Notes under the pieces: generated by a model
The model's database searches: none
What the model was told of the DNA's origin: nothing
What the model saw: only the letters and a program-made list of their open reading frames with translations
Made by a program: the position numbers and the translations under genes
Part shown: positions 53,176-63,738 of the stretch, piece by piece
How the letters are laid out: each line of letters starts with the position of its first letter
Numbering within the stretch: the stretch's first letter is position 1
DNA from: Eubacteriales bacterium
GTDB lineage: Bacteria; Bacillota; Clostridia; Oscillospirales; RGIG5299
Length of the DNA stretch: 64,000 nt
Direction of reading: 5' to 3'
NCBI GenBank assembly: GCA_045542315.1
Contig: JAZQKU010000043.1
Span: 3,041-67,040 of the forward strand

Positions 53176-53216
53176 TTAATCGTAAAACCCAAAAGCGTAT
53201 GAAAGGACGAAATTTT

Positions 53217-54878
53217 ATGAAAAAAGTAATTGCAGTATTCTTTGCCGTGCTTATGCTTTTCTCCTCACTTGCGCTGCTTTCGGCGTGCGGCGGCGAGAAG
53301 ATAACGGTTGAAGAAGGCCCTTTAGGCAAATACAGCCCCAATCTTACGGTAAGCTATGCAAGACCCTATTTTGCAACCGATGAGTCGATCCTTGCAAAGG
53401 CAGGCTGGACTCTTACGGAAAACGGTTGGTTTGACCTTATTAAGGAGCATCTTGGCGTTAAAATAAGAGTTGAGTGGTCGCTTAACGATTACGGTATGTA
53501 CGTTGAGCGTCTTAACAACGCTATTTTAGAGGGAACCATTCCCGATATTCTCGACGTAAGTGCCGGTGAGGGCGCATATCAGTCGATTCAGGCTCTTTAC
53601 AATAACGATATCATCGCCGAGCTTGATGACGTTATGGCAAACTATATGTCGGACGATGCAAGAGCGCTTTACGAGCTTGCGGGTCCCGAAATATTCTATC
53701 CCGCAACCTTTGGCGGCAAGACCTACGCTATCTGCCAGGTCGCATCGGGCGAGGGTATTGCAAAGACCTTCTATTATATCCGTCAGGACTGGCTCGACAA
53801 TTTAAACCTTCAGGCTCCCACCAACTATACCGAGCTTGAGGAGGTAATTGAGGCCTTTGCAAATAAGGACCCCGACGGCGACGGAGAGAAAAACACCTTC
53901 GGTATGACGGTAAACACCGTTCAGTCAACCGAGCTTGACGCCTATTTCAACGGCTACGGCGCCTACCCCAACATCTGGCTTGAAAACGATCAGGGCGAGC
54001 TTTACTACGGCACTGTCGGCGCCGAGATGAAGAAGCCTCTTGAAAGACTTTCTCACATGATAAAATCCGGCTGGGTGGATTACGCTCCTCTTTCCGGTGC
54101 AAACATTTCGGGCGACTTTATGACAGGCAAGACCGGTATCGTTATCGGTCAGACAAACTCCATTCTCACCCTTACGAATCTTTACAAGATAAACCCCGAC
54201 GCGAAGATAACCGCGATCCCCGCCTTTACCGAGGACGGCGACGTTGCAAAGGTAACCGCAGGTCCCAACTCATACAGATATTACGTTGCAAGCAAGGAAT
54301 TTGATTATCCCGAGGTCCTCATTAAGCTCAACAACTTTATGCTTCATATGACCGACCTTGCCTCGAGCGACATCGATCTCTACCATCAATATTTCACTAT
54401 TGAGGACGGCTCTGCCCATCTTTATAACTACGCACCCGTCGTTCAGGAGGATTACCCCGCAAGAAACTATAACAACGCGGTGCTCGTAGGCGAAGCGCTT
54501 GCCTCGGATAACAGAGATATGCTTGAAACCGAGCTTCAGCGTATGCTTTACGACTGGGTAAAGGAATTTGAGGAAAGCGGCAGAGAAAGCTATCGCGGTT
54601 ACGCCCTTCTTTACGGCGAAAACGGCATTCAGCAGCTACAGGGCCTTTTCTTTGAAAACGACGGATATATTCAAAATAAATTCTTATCGGTACCTACCGC
54701 AACGATGGCTTCCCATCAGGTTGAGCTTGATACCCTTGAAATCGGCGCTATCGGTCAGATACTCGTAGGCGAGCAGCCGCTTGACTACTTCGATATCTTT
54801 ATCGGCGAGTGGAAGGACCTCGGCGGCAGCGACGTCACCCGCGAGGTAAACGAGTGGTATCAGAGCATTAACGGCTGA
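53217..54878 (+). CDS. extracellular solute-binding lipoprotein (orphan, family 1 SBP, LplA-like size)
   Basis: Lipobox LALLSAC, 553 aa. No adjacent permease genes. Confidence 0.75.
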   Translation: MKKVIAVFFAVLMLFSSLALLSACGGEKITVEEGPLGKYSPNLTVSYARPYFATDESILAKAGWTLTENGWFDLIKEHLGVKIRVEWSLNDYGMYVERLNNAILEGTIPDILDVSAGEGAYQSIQALYNNDIIAELDDVMANYMSDDARALYELAGPEIFYPATFGGKTYAICQVASGEGIAKTFYYIRQDWLDNLNLQAPTNYTELEEVIEAFANKDPDGDGEKNTFGMTVNTVQSTELDAYFNGYGAYPNIWLENDQGELYYGTVGAEMKKPLERLSHMIKSGWVDYAPLSGANISGDFMTGKTGIVIGQTNSILTLTNLYKINPDAKITAIPAFTEDGDVAKVTAGPNSYRYYVASKEFDYPEVLIKLNNFMLHMTDLASSDIDLYHQYFTIEDGSAHLYNYAPVVQEDYPARNYNNAVLVGEALASDNRDMLETELQRMLYDWVKEFEESGRESYRGYALLYGENGIQQLQGLFFENDGYIQNKFLSVPTATMASHQVELDTLEIGAIGQILVGEQPLDYFDIFIGEWKDLGGSDVTREVNEWYQSING

Positions 54879-54896
54879 TAAATAAATACAAATATA

Positions 54897-54925
54897 AAAC
54901 CTCCGCAAAAGCGGAGGTTTTTAGT
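54897..54925. terminator. bidirectional rho-independent terminator
   Basis: AAACCTCCGC-AAAA-GCGGAGGTTT stem. Confidence 0.75.
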
Positions 54926-54926
54926 T

Positions 54927-56687
54927 TTAATCCTCTGTATGGAAGCTCTGCACTACACCGTAAACAACGGAAACGTAAAGAGTCTTGCCGTTTGAAAGCT
55001 TATAGAGAAAGATGCTTATACCGCTGCCGATATCGTCGTAGGGCTTACCGAGGAGCTTTATCACTGTTCTGTAAGACATTCCTTCATATAGAACATCGAG
55101 CGCTTCTTGCTCGGAGGGCCAATCGGTTCGGCTTGGGTCAGGCGCATAGTAACTGTATTCATCATTGAGCTCATCCTCGGGAATAAAGGCGACGATAGAT
55201 GAGGCAATCGCAAAGCCTACGTCACCGTAATATCTTTTTACCTTTTTGCCGTTTTTGAGCTTATAGGAAAAAGCGAGAGTATAGTTACCGTCGTTTTCGG
55301 GGGTAAAGCGTGAATTGGCGGCTATTGCCTGCTTGTGCATTTCTTCAATCTTTAAGATATCCTTTTCCGAAACGACGGCAAAGTTCGTGCGCATTTCTCC
55401 TCCGAGGGTTATCGCAACGTTTTCAACCTCGGAAACGGCAGGAATATAAGAGGTATAGCCGAAGCAACCGAATATCATTGTGAAGATGAGAGCCAAGGAG
55501 ATGAGTGCGGTGATGACGGGGGCGCGGTAGCTTTTCCATATCTTACGAAGCGACGCTCTGCAAAGGCCGTAAAGGAGAAAATAGAGAACGAAAAAGGTAA
55601 TGAGGAAGATAAGAATGCTCAAATAGGGATTTTTAACCGTAAAGAGCAGGCTTGAAGCAATCGCCGTGGAAATAACTGCCGAAAAAGCAATCGAAAGCGG
55701 CTTATTTGAATTTGGCTTTTCGGCAATTTCGGCATTGCGCTTGCAAAATGCAAAATAAGCTAAGACCGCGGCAAGCACTCCGAAAAGGAAAACCAAGATA
55801 ATCGGTAAAACGGGAACGGAATATCTTGAAAGAAGCGTTTCTGTCGGCGGATAGTTTGATGCAAGCTTGTCGCCGGGGGCGATGGGGGCAGAGGGCATTT
55901 CTATAACGCTTTTGTGATATGAAAATTCGGCAAAAGTGCGGAAAGCCTCCCCAAATACCGTTAAGATCGAATAGGTCCATGTAGTGATTAATATTTTTGG
56001 GCATCTGTAATAGAAGATAGTGGAGAAAGATGTGCCTAAATACTTCTCGGAATAGGCACCGTTGAGGAAAGCCTCGGTTATATTTCCAACGGTAAATAAA
56101 ACCGCTAAAACGGAAAGCACCCAAAAAAGATTAAAGGCGAAAAACTCTGTTTTGCGTCCTATAAGTGTGGCAATAAGTGACGCCGCGGAAAAGACGGCAA
56201 ACACGGTAAGGATCATTATTCCCGTTATTATAAGGCTGTTTCGGATTATAAAATAGGTGTCGGGCAAAACGACGATGAAATTTATTGCTACAGTCGTTCC
56301 CATTGCGATGATTATAGGCACAAAAAGGGAGAGAAGACCGTAAATAAAGCGGCTTATAAAAAGAGAGGAGCGCTTTCCGCCGGTTATGAGCATTGCTGTT
56401 TGGTGCTTTTTGTTAAAAAGAAAGTTAAAGCAGCCAAACGCCGATATTACCGCTAAAACGATAAGAAGAAACGGGAGCTTTTCTGCACCGTTGTAAAGCG
56501 AAAACGGGCCGTCAAGAACGAGATCGTAACCTACGTCGGAAAAATCATAGAGAGGCATAGAGTTGTTGACGGGTATTGCAAGAATTAAAAGAACAAGATT
56601 CAAAAGCGGTATCCACCAAAGCGTTTTTGCGTTTTCCAAAATACCGGTGCGGTCAAATCTTTTATGAGAAGATATTGCAAACTTCAT
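54927..56687 (-). CDS. multi-TM ABC-2-like permease with C-terminal extracellular domain
   Basis: 586 aa, more than 10 TM helices, overlaps the upstream ATPase gene by 26 nt. Confidence 0.55.
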   Translation of the reverse strand: MKFAISSHKRFDRTGILENAKTLWWIPLLNLVLLILAIPVNNSMPLYDFSDVGYDLVLDGPFSLYNGAEKLPFLLIVLAVISAFGCFNFLFNKKHQTAMLITGGKRSSLFISRFIYGLLSLFVPIIIAMGTTVAINFIVVLPDTYFIIRNSLIITGIMILTVFAVFSAASLIATLIGRKTEFFAFNLFWVLSVLAVLFTVGNITEAFLNGAYSEKYLGTSFSTIFYYRCPKILITTWTYSILTVFGEAFRTFAEFSYHKSVIEMPSAPIAPGDKLASNYPPTETLLSRYSVPVLPIILVFLFGVLAAVLAYFAFCKRNAEIAEKPNSNKPLSIAFSAVISTAIASSLLFTVKNPYLSILIFLITFFVLYFLLYGLCRASLRKIWKSYRAPVITALISLALIFTMIFGCFGYTSYIPAVSEVENVAITLGGEMRTNFAVVSEKDILKIEEMHKQAIAANSRFTPENDGNYTLAFSYKLKNGKKVKRYYGDVGFAIASSIVAFIPEDELNDEYSYYAPDPSRTDWPSEQEALDVLYEGMSYRTVIKLLGKPYDDIGSGISIFLYKLSNGKTLYVSVVYGVVQSFHTED

Positions 56688-57576
56688 TTTTATTCTCCTC
56701 CGTTTCGTATTTGAAAATTTCGCTTAAGGTAAGAGGCGAAGCCTCGAAAAGCAGTATTTCGGCGTGAGCCGAAAGCGTTTTTTCGATTTTATCTCTGCTT
56801 TCGTTGCTGTCAAAGGAAAGAACGTTGCCGATAACGCTTATATTTTTGCAATTTATACCGAGAGTATAATTTTCGGCGGGTGCGGTGGAAAAGCCAATGC
56901 TGTAACGGAAAACGGAATTTTTAAGGGCGAAGATCTCGTCGCTGTAAAGCAGACGTCTGCCACTTAAAACACCCACCGTGTCGCATATCCTCTCGATCTC
57001 GTAAAGATCGTGCGATGAGATCATAACGGTAAAGCCCGTTTCCATAACGTATTCGTTTAAAAGATCTCTCACGGTAATGCGCGCCGCGGGGTCGATACCG
57101 TCGAATATCTCGTCAAGCAAAATATATTCCGCTTTTGAGGAAAGAGCAAGGATAAGAAACGCCTTTTTCCTCATTCCCTTTGACAGATCTGAAATTCGGG
57201 TAAACGGCTTTAAGCCAAAAAGTGAAACGAGCCTGTCAAAAGCCTTATCGCTCCAGTTTGGATAGACGCATTTGTAAAATTCTTTCATTCCGTTCAGGGT
57301 TGAATGACGAATAAAATAAGGGTCGTCGGTGAGATAGAAGCATCTTTGCTTGAAATAGGGATTGTCAAAAACGGGCTGCTCATCTTCGCCGCACGATACC
57401 GTTACTTCGCCGCTGTCGGCGCGGTAAAGTCCCGAAATAATATTCAGAAGGGTGGTTTTTCCTGCACCGTTTAAGCCAATAAGTCCGTAAACGGTGCCGT
57501 CGGCTATTTCAAGGCTGATATTTTCCAAGACCTTAAGATCATCAAACGATTTTGAAACAGATTTTATCTTTATCAT
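56662..57576 (-). CDS. ABC transporter ATP-binding protein
   Basis: Walker A GLNGAGKTT, signature LSKGMRKK, Walker B ILLDE. ATG 57576 forms an ATGA overlap with the GntR stop. Confidence 0.88.
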   Translation of the reverse strand: MIKIKSVSKSFDDLKVLENISLEIADGTVYGLIGLNGAGKTTLLNIISGLYRADSGEVTVSCGEDEQPVFDNPYFKQRCFYLTDDPYFIRHSTLNGMKEFYKCVYPNWSDKAFDRLVSLFGLKPFTRISDLSKGMRKKAFLILALSSKAEYILLDEIFDGIDPAARITVRDLLNEYVMETGFTVMISSHDLYEIERICDTVGVLSGRRLLYSDEIFALKNSVFRYSIGFSTAPAENYTLGINCKNISVIGNVLSFDSNESRDKIEKTLSAHAEILLFEASPLTLSEIFKYETEENKNEVCNIFS

Positions 57577-57947
57577 TTTAAATCTCCTTTCAAACAGGCT
57601 TTCTTTACCGTTTCGATTATCTCTTCCTCTGTCATACCGTAGGAGAGAGCCGCCAATGCGGCGCAAGACAGGTCGTTTTGCGCTTTTGAAATTACTGCGG
57701 GGTTTCGGTAGGCTGTGGCGGAAAGGTAGCTGCCGCTTCCAACCACGGTTGTAATTACTCCGTCTGCTTCAAGCTCGGAAAAAACCTTTTTCACGGTGTT
57801 TATATTAAGATGAAGCTCCGAGGACAAAACGCGTAAGGACGGAAGTTTATCGCCTTCCTTCAAAACGCCCGCCGAAACAAGTGCTAATATCTGGCGCTTT
57901 ATCTGCTCGTATATAGGCGTTTGTGACGAGTGGTCAATTATAAACAA
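57573..57947 (-). CDS. GntR-family transcriptional regulator (YhcF-like, short)
   Basis: PIYEQIKRQILALVSAGVLKEGDKLPSLRVLSSELHLNINTVKKVFSELEADG. Start reassigned to TTG 57947, 6 nt after GAAAGGAGGAGG. Confidence 0.8.
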   Translation of the reverse strand: MFIIDHSSQTPIYEQIKRQILALVSAGVLKEGDKLPSLRVLSSELHLNINTVKKVFSELEADGVITTVVGSGSYLSATAYRNPAVISKAQNDLSCAALAALSYGMTEEEIIETVKKACLKGDLK

Positions 57948-57967
57948 CGGCGCCCTCCTCCTTTCAA

Positions 57968-57992
57968 AGTGTGCTATCTCTAGTATCACACT
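57968..57992. promoter_or_regulatory. imperfect palindrome between -10 and RBS (candidate GntR operator)
   Basis: AGTGTGCTATCTCTAGTATCACACT, with outer arms AGTGTG / CACACT. Confidence 0.35.
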
Positions 57993-57993
57993 T

Positions 57994-58022
57994 AATATAA
58001 CACAAACTGATTGCGTTGTCAA
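57994..58022 (-). promoter_or_regulatory. sigma-A type promoter of the GntR-ABC operon
   Basis: On the minus strand: TTGACA, 17 bp spacer, TATATT. Confidence 0.5.
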
Positions 58023-58041
58023 TATATTTTTTGAAAAAAAT

Positions 58042-58073
58042 AAAAGCAGGCAAAAATATTTTTGCCTGCTTTT
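58042..58073. terminator. bidirectional terminator after gpmI
   Basis: AAAAGCAGGCAAAA / TTTTGCCTGCTTTT near-perfect 14-bp stem. Confidence 0.75.
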
Positions 58074-58093
58074 ATCTATATTTATATCTATCT

Positions 58094-59611
58094 TTATTCC
58101 TTTGCAATAAGGCTTTCGCCGTCCATTACCGAGGGCTTATCGATCGAAAGGATCTCAAGCACGGTGGGAGCGATGTCGGCAAGTCTGCCGGTTTCCTTCA
58201 ATTTGCAGGGGAAGTTTACCACAGAGAAGGGAACTGCGTTGGTGGTGTGAGCGGTGAAGGGCGAAACGCCGTCGGGCTCGAGCATCTTTTCGGCGTTGCC
58301 GTGGTCTGCGGTGATTACCATAATGCCGTCGACCGATTTAACTGCCTCGTAGACCTTCTGTACGCACTCGTCAACTGCGATAACAGCCTTTTCAGCCGCC
58401 TCGTAGACGCCGGTGTGACCTACCATATCGCAGTTTGCGAAGTTGATAACGATGAAATCGTAGCATCTCGCGGTGATCTTTTCGCAAACGGTGTCGCATA
58501 CCTCATAGGCGCTCATTTCGGGCTTTAAGTCGTAGGTCGCAACGTCGGGAGAATCTATAAGTATTCTGTCCTCGCCGCTGTAAATTGTCTCAACGCCGCC
58601 GTTTAAGAAAAAGGTAACGTGAGCGTATTTGGTGTATTCTGCGATGCGAAGCTGGGTAAGACCGTGCTGGCTTACGATAGCGCCCAAGGGGAGATCGAGA
58701 GATTGGGGCTTGTAGGCTATCTCAACGTTCGGCATAGTGGCGTCGTACTGCGTCATACAAACGTAGTAGAGATCAAGCTGCTCGGGTCTTTCAAAGCCGT
58801 CGAAGCGGGGATCGACGAAGGCGCGGGTTATCTCTCTTGCGCGGTCGGGACGGAAGTTAAAGAAGATCACCGAGTCGCCGTTTTTAACGGTCGCGTTCTC
58901 CTCACACACGGTGGGAACGATAAACTCGTCGGTAATATCGTTCTTGTAGCTTTCCTTGCAAACGTCTGCGGCGGAAGCCTTTATGCCCTCGCCAAAGACC
59001 ATTGCATCGTAAACTCTCTTAACGCGCTCGAAACGCTTTTCGCGGTCCATAGCGTAATATCTGCCCGAGATGGTGGCGATCTTGCCGATATTCTTCTCGG
59101 CAGTTACCTTTATAAGCTCGTCAACGTAATTCTCGCCCGAGGTGGGAGGAACGTCACGTCCGTCCATAAAGCAGTGAATGTAAACCTTTTCAAGGCCTTC
59201 CTTCTTTGCAAAATCAAGAAGACCGTAGAGATGGGTGTTGTGGGAGTGAACGCCGCCGTCGGACAAAAGTCCCATAACGTGAAGGGCAGAGCCGTTCCTT
59301 TTGCAGTTTTCCGCGGCGCCCTTGAAGGCGGGATTTTCAAAGAAATCTCCGTCTTTAATAGACTTTGAAATTCTCGTGAGCTCCTGATAAACGATTCTGC
59401 CTGCACCGATGTTGGTGTGGCCTACCTCACTGTTGCCCATCTGACCCTCGGGAAGACCTACGTCCATGCCCGAGGCGTGTATCTGCGTGGTGGGATTGCT
59501 TTTGAATATTTTATCGATATTGGGGGTGGTCTTTGCATTTATGGCGTTGCCCTTGCCTTCGGGCGCAATACCGAAGCCGTCGAGTATCGTGAGAACCAAT
59601 GGTCTTTTCAT
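58094..59611 (-). CDS. gpmI: 2,3-bisphosphoglycerate-independent phosphoglycerate mutase
   Basis: 505 aa with LVLTILDGFG, NSEVGHTNIGAGR and ITADHGNAE motifs. Confidence 0.95.
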   Translation of the reverse strand: MKRPLVLTILDGFGIAPEGKGNAINAKTTPNIDKIFKSNPTTQIHASGMDVGLPEGQMGNSEVGHTNIGAGRIVYQELTRISKSIKDGDFFENPAFKGAAENCKRNGSALHVMGLLSDGGVHSHNTHLYGLLDFAKKEGLEKVYIHCFMDGRDVPPTSGENYVDELIKVTAEKNIGKIATISGRYYAMDREKRFERVKRVYDAMVFGEGIKASAADVCKESYKNDITDEFIVPTVCEENATVKNGDSVIFFNFRPDRAREITRAFVDPRFDGFERPEQLDLYYVCMTQYDATMPNVEIAYKPQSLDLPLGAIVSQHGLTQLRIAEYTKYAHVTFFLNGGVETIYSGEDRILIDSPDVATYDLKPEMSAYEVCDTVCEKITARCYDFIVINFANCDMVGHTGVYEAAEKAVIAVDECVQKVYEAVKSVDGIMVITADHGNAEKMLEPDGVSPFTAHTTNAVPFSVVNFPCKLKETGRLADIAPTVLEILSIDKPSVMDGESLIAKE

Positions 59612-59650
59612 TTTATCTGATTTGATCCTTTCAGTAACTGATATTACAGC

Positions 59651-60406
59651 TTATTTTGCAGCTGCGGCAACGATTATTGAGAAGTCTGCGCTCTTTAAGG
59701 AGGCTCCGCCGATAAGTCCGCCGTCAACATTGGGCTTTGAGAGAAGCTCCTCGGCATTTTTTGCGTTCATAGAGCCGCCGTACTGGATAACTACCTTGTT
59801 TGCAACTGCCTTGCCGTAGAGAGAAGCAATGCAGGAGCGGATAACGCCGCAAGCCTCGTCAGCCTGCTCGCTCGTTGCGGTCTTGCCGGTGCCGATTGCC
59901 CAAACGGGCTCGTATGCAACGATGATGCCCTTTGCTTCGTCTGCGGAGATGCCCTTGAAGGCAATCTTTATCTGACGGCGAAGCACCTCTGCGGTGATGT
60001 CGTCCTCTCTCTCGGAGAGAAGCTCGCCAACGCAGACGATGGGCTTTAAGCCCGCTGCCAAAGCGGCTTTGATCTTGAGGTTAACGGTTTCGTCGGTCTC
60101 GTTGAAATACTGACGTCTTTCGGAGTGGCCGATGATTACGTATTCAACGCCGAGGTCTTTAAGCATATCTGCCGATACCTCGCCGGTGAATGCGCCCGAT
60201 TTTTCAAAGTGAAGGTTCTGTGCGCCGATCTTTATGTTGGTGCGCTTTGCAGCTTTAACTGCTGCGGCGAGATCGGTGAAGGGAACGCACGCGATAACGG
60301 TGCATTTTGCGCCCTTGACGAGGGGAGCAAGCTCCTTTAAGAAGCTGTCTGCCTCGGAGGCGGTCTTATTCATTTTCCAGTTTCCTGCAATAACGGTTTT
60401 TCTCAT
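59651..60406 (-). CDS. tpiA: triose-phosphate isomerase
   Basis: AGNWKMN, GHSERR and AYEPVWAIGTG motifs. Confidence 0.95.
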   Translation of the reverse strand: MRKTVIAGNWKMNKTASEADSFLKELAPLVKGAKCTVIACVPFTDLAAAVKAAKRTNIKIGAQNLHFEKSGAFTGEVSADMLKDLGVEYVIIGHSERRQYFNETDETVNLKIKAALAAGLKPIVCVGELLSEREDDITAEVLRRQIKIAFKGISADEAKGIIVAYEPVWAIGTGKTATSEQADEACGVIRSCIASLYGKAVANKVVIQYGGSMNAKNAEELLSKPNVDGGLIGGASLKSADFSIIVAAAAK

Positions 60407-60436
60407 TGTTATACTACCTTTCTGTCTTTACATAGG

Positions 60437-60470
60437 TTGTTGCTTGCCTTTTTAAAAGACAAGCAACAAC
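60437..60470 (-). other. 11-bp intercistronic stem-loop between pgk and tpiA
   Basis: GTTGTTGCTTG / CAAGCAACAAC with a 12-nt loop and no T-run. Confidence 0.4.
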
Positions 60471-60485
60471 GGCTGTTTTCAAATC

Positions 60486-61673
60486 TTATTTGTCGTTTAA
60501 GCAAGCGATGCCGGGAAGCTCAAGACCCTCGAGGAATTCGAGAGAAGCGCCGCCGCCGGTGGAGATGTGGGTCATTTTGTCAGCAAAGCCGAGCTTCTGA
60601 ACGGCTGCTGCGGAGTCGCCTCCGCCGATGATGGAGATAGCGCCGCTTTCTGCAACTGCCTTTGCAACGGATACGGTGCCGTTTGCGAAGTTTGCCCATT
60701 CGCTTACGCCCATGGGGCCGTTCCATACAACGGTGCCTGCGCCGAGGATAGCGTCGGCAAAAAGCTTGGAGGTCTTGGGACCAATATCAAGGCCCATCCA
60801 GCCGTCGGGGATCTCGTCGGAGTTGATTACCTTGAACTCGGAGTTCTCGTTGTATTCGGTTGCAACTACGTTGTCAACGGGAATGAGGAAGTTTACGCCC
60901 TTTGCCTTTGCCTTATCCATAAGTTCCTTTGCAAGCTCGAGCTTGTCCTCTTCGCAAAGAGAGGTGCCGATGTGGTGACCGAGAGATTTAAGGAAGGTGT
61001 AAGCCATACCGCCGCCTACGATGAGGGTATCTACCTTTTCGAGAAGGTTGGTGATAACGCCGATCTTATCGCTTACCTTTGCGCCGCCCAAAATCGCAAC
61101 GAAGGGACGCTTGGGATCGTTAAGAGCGTCGCCCATGATCTTGATCTCCTTCTGAATGAGGTAGCCGCAAACTGCGGGAAGATAATCTGCAACGCCTGCG
61201 GTTGAGGAGTGCGCTCTGTGAGCGGTGCCGAATGCGTCATTAACGTAGATCTCTGCAAGAGAAGCCAAAGCCTTTGAAAATTCGGGATCGTGCTTTTCCT
61301 CTTCCTTATGGAAACGGACGTTTTCAATAAGCATAACGTCGCCGTCCTTCAAAGCGGCGGCCTTTGCCTGTGCGTCCTCGCCGATTACGTCGGCTGCAAG
61401 AACGACCTCTTTACCGAGAAGCTCGGAAAGACGTGCTGCAACGGGAGCGAGAGAATACTTCATATTGAATTCGCCCTTCGGTCTGCCCATGTGAGAGCAG
61501 AGAATGAGCTTCGCGCCGTTATCGGAAAGATATTTGATGGTGGGGAGCGCTTCAACTATTCTCTTATCGTCGGTGATAACGCCGTCCTTAAGCGGAACGT
61601 TGAAATCGCAGCGTGCAAGGACCTTTTTGCCCTTAACTTCAATGTCTTCTACTGTTTTCTTGTTGTAATTCAT
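60486..61673 (-). CDS. pgk: phosphoglycerate kinase
   Basis: [15 protein letters not shown] and GGGDSAAAV motifs. Confidence 0.95.
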   Translation of the reverse strand: MNYNKKTVEDIEVKGKKVLARCDFNVPLKDGVITDDKRIVEALPTIKYLSDNGAKLILCSHMGRPKGEFNMKYSLAPVAARLSELLGKEVVLAADVIGEDAQAKAAALKDGDVMLIENVRFHKEEEKHDPEFSKALASLAEIYVNDAFGTAHRAHSSTAGVADYLPAVCGYLIQKEIKIMGDALNDPKRPFVAILGGAKVSDKIGVITNLLEKVDTLIVGGGMAYTFLKSLGHHIGTSLCEEDKLELAKELMDKAKAKGVNFLIPVDNVVATEYNENSEFKVINSDEIPDGWMGLDIGPKTSKLFADAILGAGTVVWNGPMGVSEWANFANGTVSVAKAVAESGAISIIGGGDSAAAVQKLGFADKMTHISTGGGASLEFLEGLELPGIACLNDK

Positions 61674-61714
61674 TGTTATTACTCCTTCTTATATACCTTA
61701 TATAAAATAAATTA

Positions 61715-62206
61715 TTACCAATCAAATTGAGTGAGCTCGCCCTTTTCAAGAAGTCCCTCGTAATCTCTCTGGCGAAGCGCCTCGTAAAGCACGATGGCAA
61801 CGGAGTTTGAAAGATTTAAGCTCCGAAGCGTGTTTCGCATGGGAATACGGAGAGTGGAATCGGGATTTTCCTTTAAAAGCTCCTCCGGAAGCCCCTTGGT
61901 CTCCTTACCGAAGATTATATAGAAATCATCGGGATAAATGACCTCGGAATGAGTTTTTCTTCCCTTTGTTGAAAGAAAAAATCGGGGCTTTCCTTTTGTT
62001 TTTTCAAGAAAATCCGCAAGGCTGTCGTAATAGGTTATGTCGAGCTTGTCCCAATAATCAAGACCTGCCCGCTTTAATTTTTTATCGTCTATCTCAAAGC
62101 CCATGGGCTTCACGAGATGAAGTCTTGCGCCGGTGCAGGCGCAGCTTCTTGCGATATTGCCCGTGTTTTGCGGGATCTCGGGCTCAACCAATACGATGTT
62201 TATCAT
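61715..62206 (-). CDS. trmL: tRNA (cytidine/uridine-2'-O-)-methyltransferase TrmL (SpoU/TrmH family)
   Basis: IVLVEPEIPQNTGNIARSCA ... LNLSNSVAIVLYEALRQ. Confidence 0.88.
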   Translation of the reverse strand: MINIVLVEPEIPQNTGNIARSCACTGARLHLVKPMGFEIDDKKLKRAGLDYWDKLDITYYDSLADFLEKTKGKPRFFLSTKGRKTHSEVIYPDDFYIIFGKETKGLPEELLKENPDSTLRIPMRNTLRSLNLSNSVAIVLYEALRQRDYEGLLEKGELTQFDW

Positions 62207-63594
62207 CAGAACGCGATCTTTTCCTCGATGTAAGCCTTAAGCTCGGAAACGGGAATTCTTACCTGCTCCATGGTGTCGCGGTCACGGACGGAAACTGCGC
62301 CGTCTGTTTCGGTGTCGAAGTCAACGGTGATGCAGAAGGGGGTGCCTATCTCGTCCTGACGGCGATAGCGCTTACCGATAGAGCCTGCCTCGTCATACTC
62401 GATATTGAAATATTTGGAGAGGTCTGCATAGATCGCGGTTGCCTGCTCGGAAAGCTTTTTGGAAAGGGGAAGGATTGCCGCCTTGACGGGAGCAAGTGCG
62501 GGGTGGAAGCGCAAAACGGTCCTTACGTCGTTCTTTTCCGCGTCGATAACCTCTTCGTCATAGGCGTCGCACAAAACTGCCAAAACGCTTCTCTCAACGC
62601 CCAAAGAGGGCTCGATAACGTAGGGGACGTAGCGCTCGTTGGTCTCGGGGTCGAAATAGGTCATATCCTTGCCCGAATGGTCCTGATGCTGGGTAAGGTC
62701 GTAGTCGGTTCTGTCGGCAACGCCCCAAAGCTCGCCCCAGCCGAAGGGGAAGAGGAACTCGAAGTCGGTGGTTGCCTTGGAGTAGAAGCAAAGCTCGTCC
62801 TTATCGTGGTCGCGAAGACGCAGGTTTTCCTCCTTAAGACCGATGGCAAGGAGCCAATCGCGGCAGAAGCTTCTCCAGTAATCGAACCACTCAAGGTCGG
62901 TGCCGGGCTTGCAGAAGAATTCAAGCTCCATCTGCTCAAACTCACGTACACGGAAGATGAAGTTTCCGGGAGTGATCTCGTTTCTGAAGGATTTACCTAT
63001 CTGGCCGATACCGAAGGGTATCTTCTTTCTCGAGGTTCTCTGAACGTTCTGGAAGTTTACGAAGATGCCCTGTGCCGTTTCGGGACGGAGATAAATCTCG
63101 CTCTTGTTATCCTCGGTAACGCCCTGGAAGGTCTTGAACATAAGGTTGAATTTTCTTATGTCGGTAAAGTTGCTCTTGCCGCAGTCGGGACAAACGATGT
63201 TGTTATCTCTTATATACTGAAGCATCTGCTCATTGGACCAGCCTGCACACATAACGCCGGTATCCTCGATGAGCTTATCGGCTCTGTGACGTGAATGACA
63301 CTCCTTGCAGTCCATAAGAGGATCGGAAAATCCGCCAACGTGACCGGAAGCGACCCAGGTCTCGGGATTCATAAGAATAGCGCAGTCAAGACCGACGTTC
63401 AAGGGAGATTCCTGAACGAATTTCTTCCACCACGCCTTTTTGATATTGTTTTTAAGCTCAACACCCAAAGGACCGTAGTCCCAGGTGTTTGCAAGACCGC
63501 CGTATATCTCGGAGCCTGCGTAGATAAGACCTCTGCCCTTACAAAGAGCAACGATCTTTTCCATTTTCTTTTCGGTGTTTAACATTGTAGTCAC
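62206..63594 (-). CDS. glyQS: glycine--tRNA ligase (class II, alpha2 type)
   Basis: 462 aa with [37 protein letters not shown] and an anticodon-binding C-terminus. Confidence 0.93.
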   Translation of the reverse strand: MTTMLNTEKKMEKIVALCKGRGLIYAGSEIYGGLANTWDYGPLGVELKNNIKKAWWKKFVQESPLNVGLDCAILMNPETWVASGHVGGFSDPLMDCKECHSRHRADKLIEDTGVMCAGWSNEQMLQYIRDNNIVCPDCGKSNFTDIRKFNLMFKTFQGVTEDNKSEIYLRPETAQGIFVNFQNVQRTSRKKIPFGIGQIGKSFRNEITPGNFIFRVREFEQMELEFFCKPGTDLEWFDYWRSFCRDWLLAIGLKEENLRLRDHDKDELCFYSKATTDFEFLFPFGWGELWGVADRTDYDLTQHQDHSGKDMTYFDPETNERYVPYVIEPSLGVERSVLAVLCDAYDEEVIDAEKNDVRTVLRFHPALAPVKAAILPLSKKLSEQATAIYADLSKYFNIEYDEAGSIGKRYRRQDEIGTPFCITVDFDTETDGAVSVRDRDTMEQVRIPVSELKAYIEEKIAF

Positions 63595-63641
63595 TCCATA
63601 TTTAAATGATGTTATTATATATCTAATAAATACCGCATAAT

Positions 63642-63670
63642 ATAATAGAGAAATTTTGCCTTTTTGTCAA
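63642..63670 (-). promoter_or_regulatory. sigma-A type promoter of glyQS
   Basis: On the minus strand: TTGACA, 17 bp spacer, TATTAT. The leader is only about 40 nt. Confidence 0.55.
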
Positions 63671-63738
63671 GCGGTTTTGCAAAAAAACCGCAATTTTTTA
63701 ACGAAAATTTTGTAAAAAGGGGCTGTAAATGCAAAAAA

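Noticed and set aside
63595-63738. Looked for a glycine T-box leader upstream of glyQS, as is usual in Firmicutes
   Set aside because: Only 144 nt separate nadE from glyQS, and a good promoter sits about 40 nt before the ATG. That is too short for a T-box, and no specifier or T-box motif is visible. glyQS seems to lack T-box control here.
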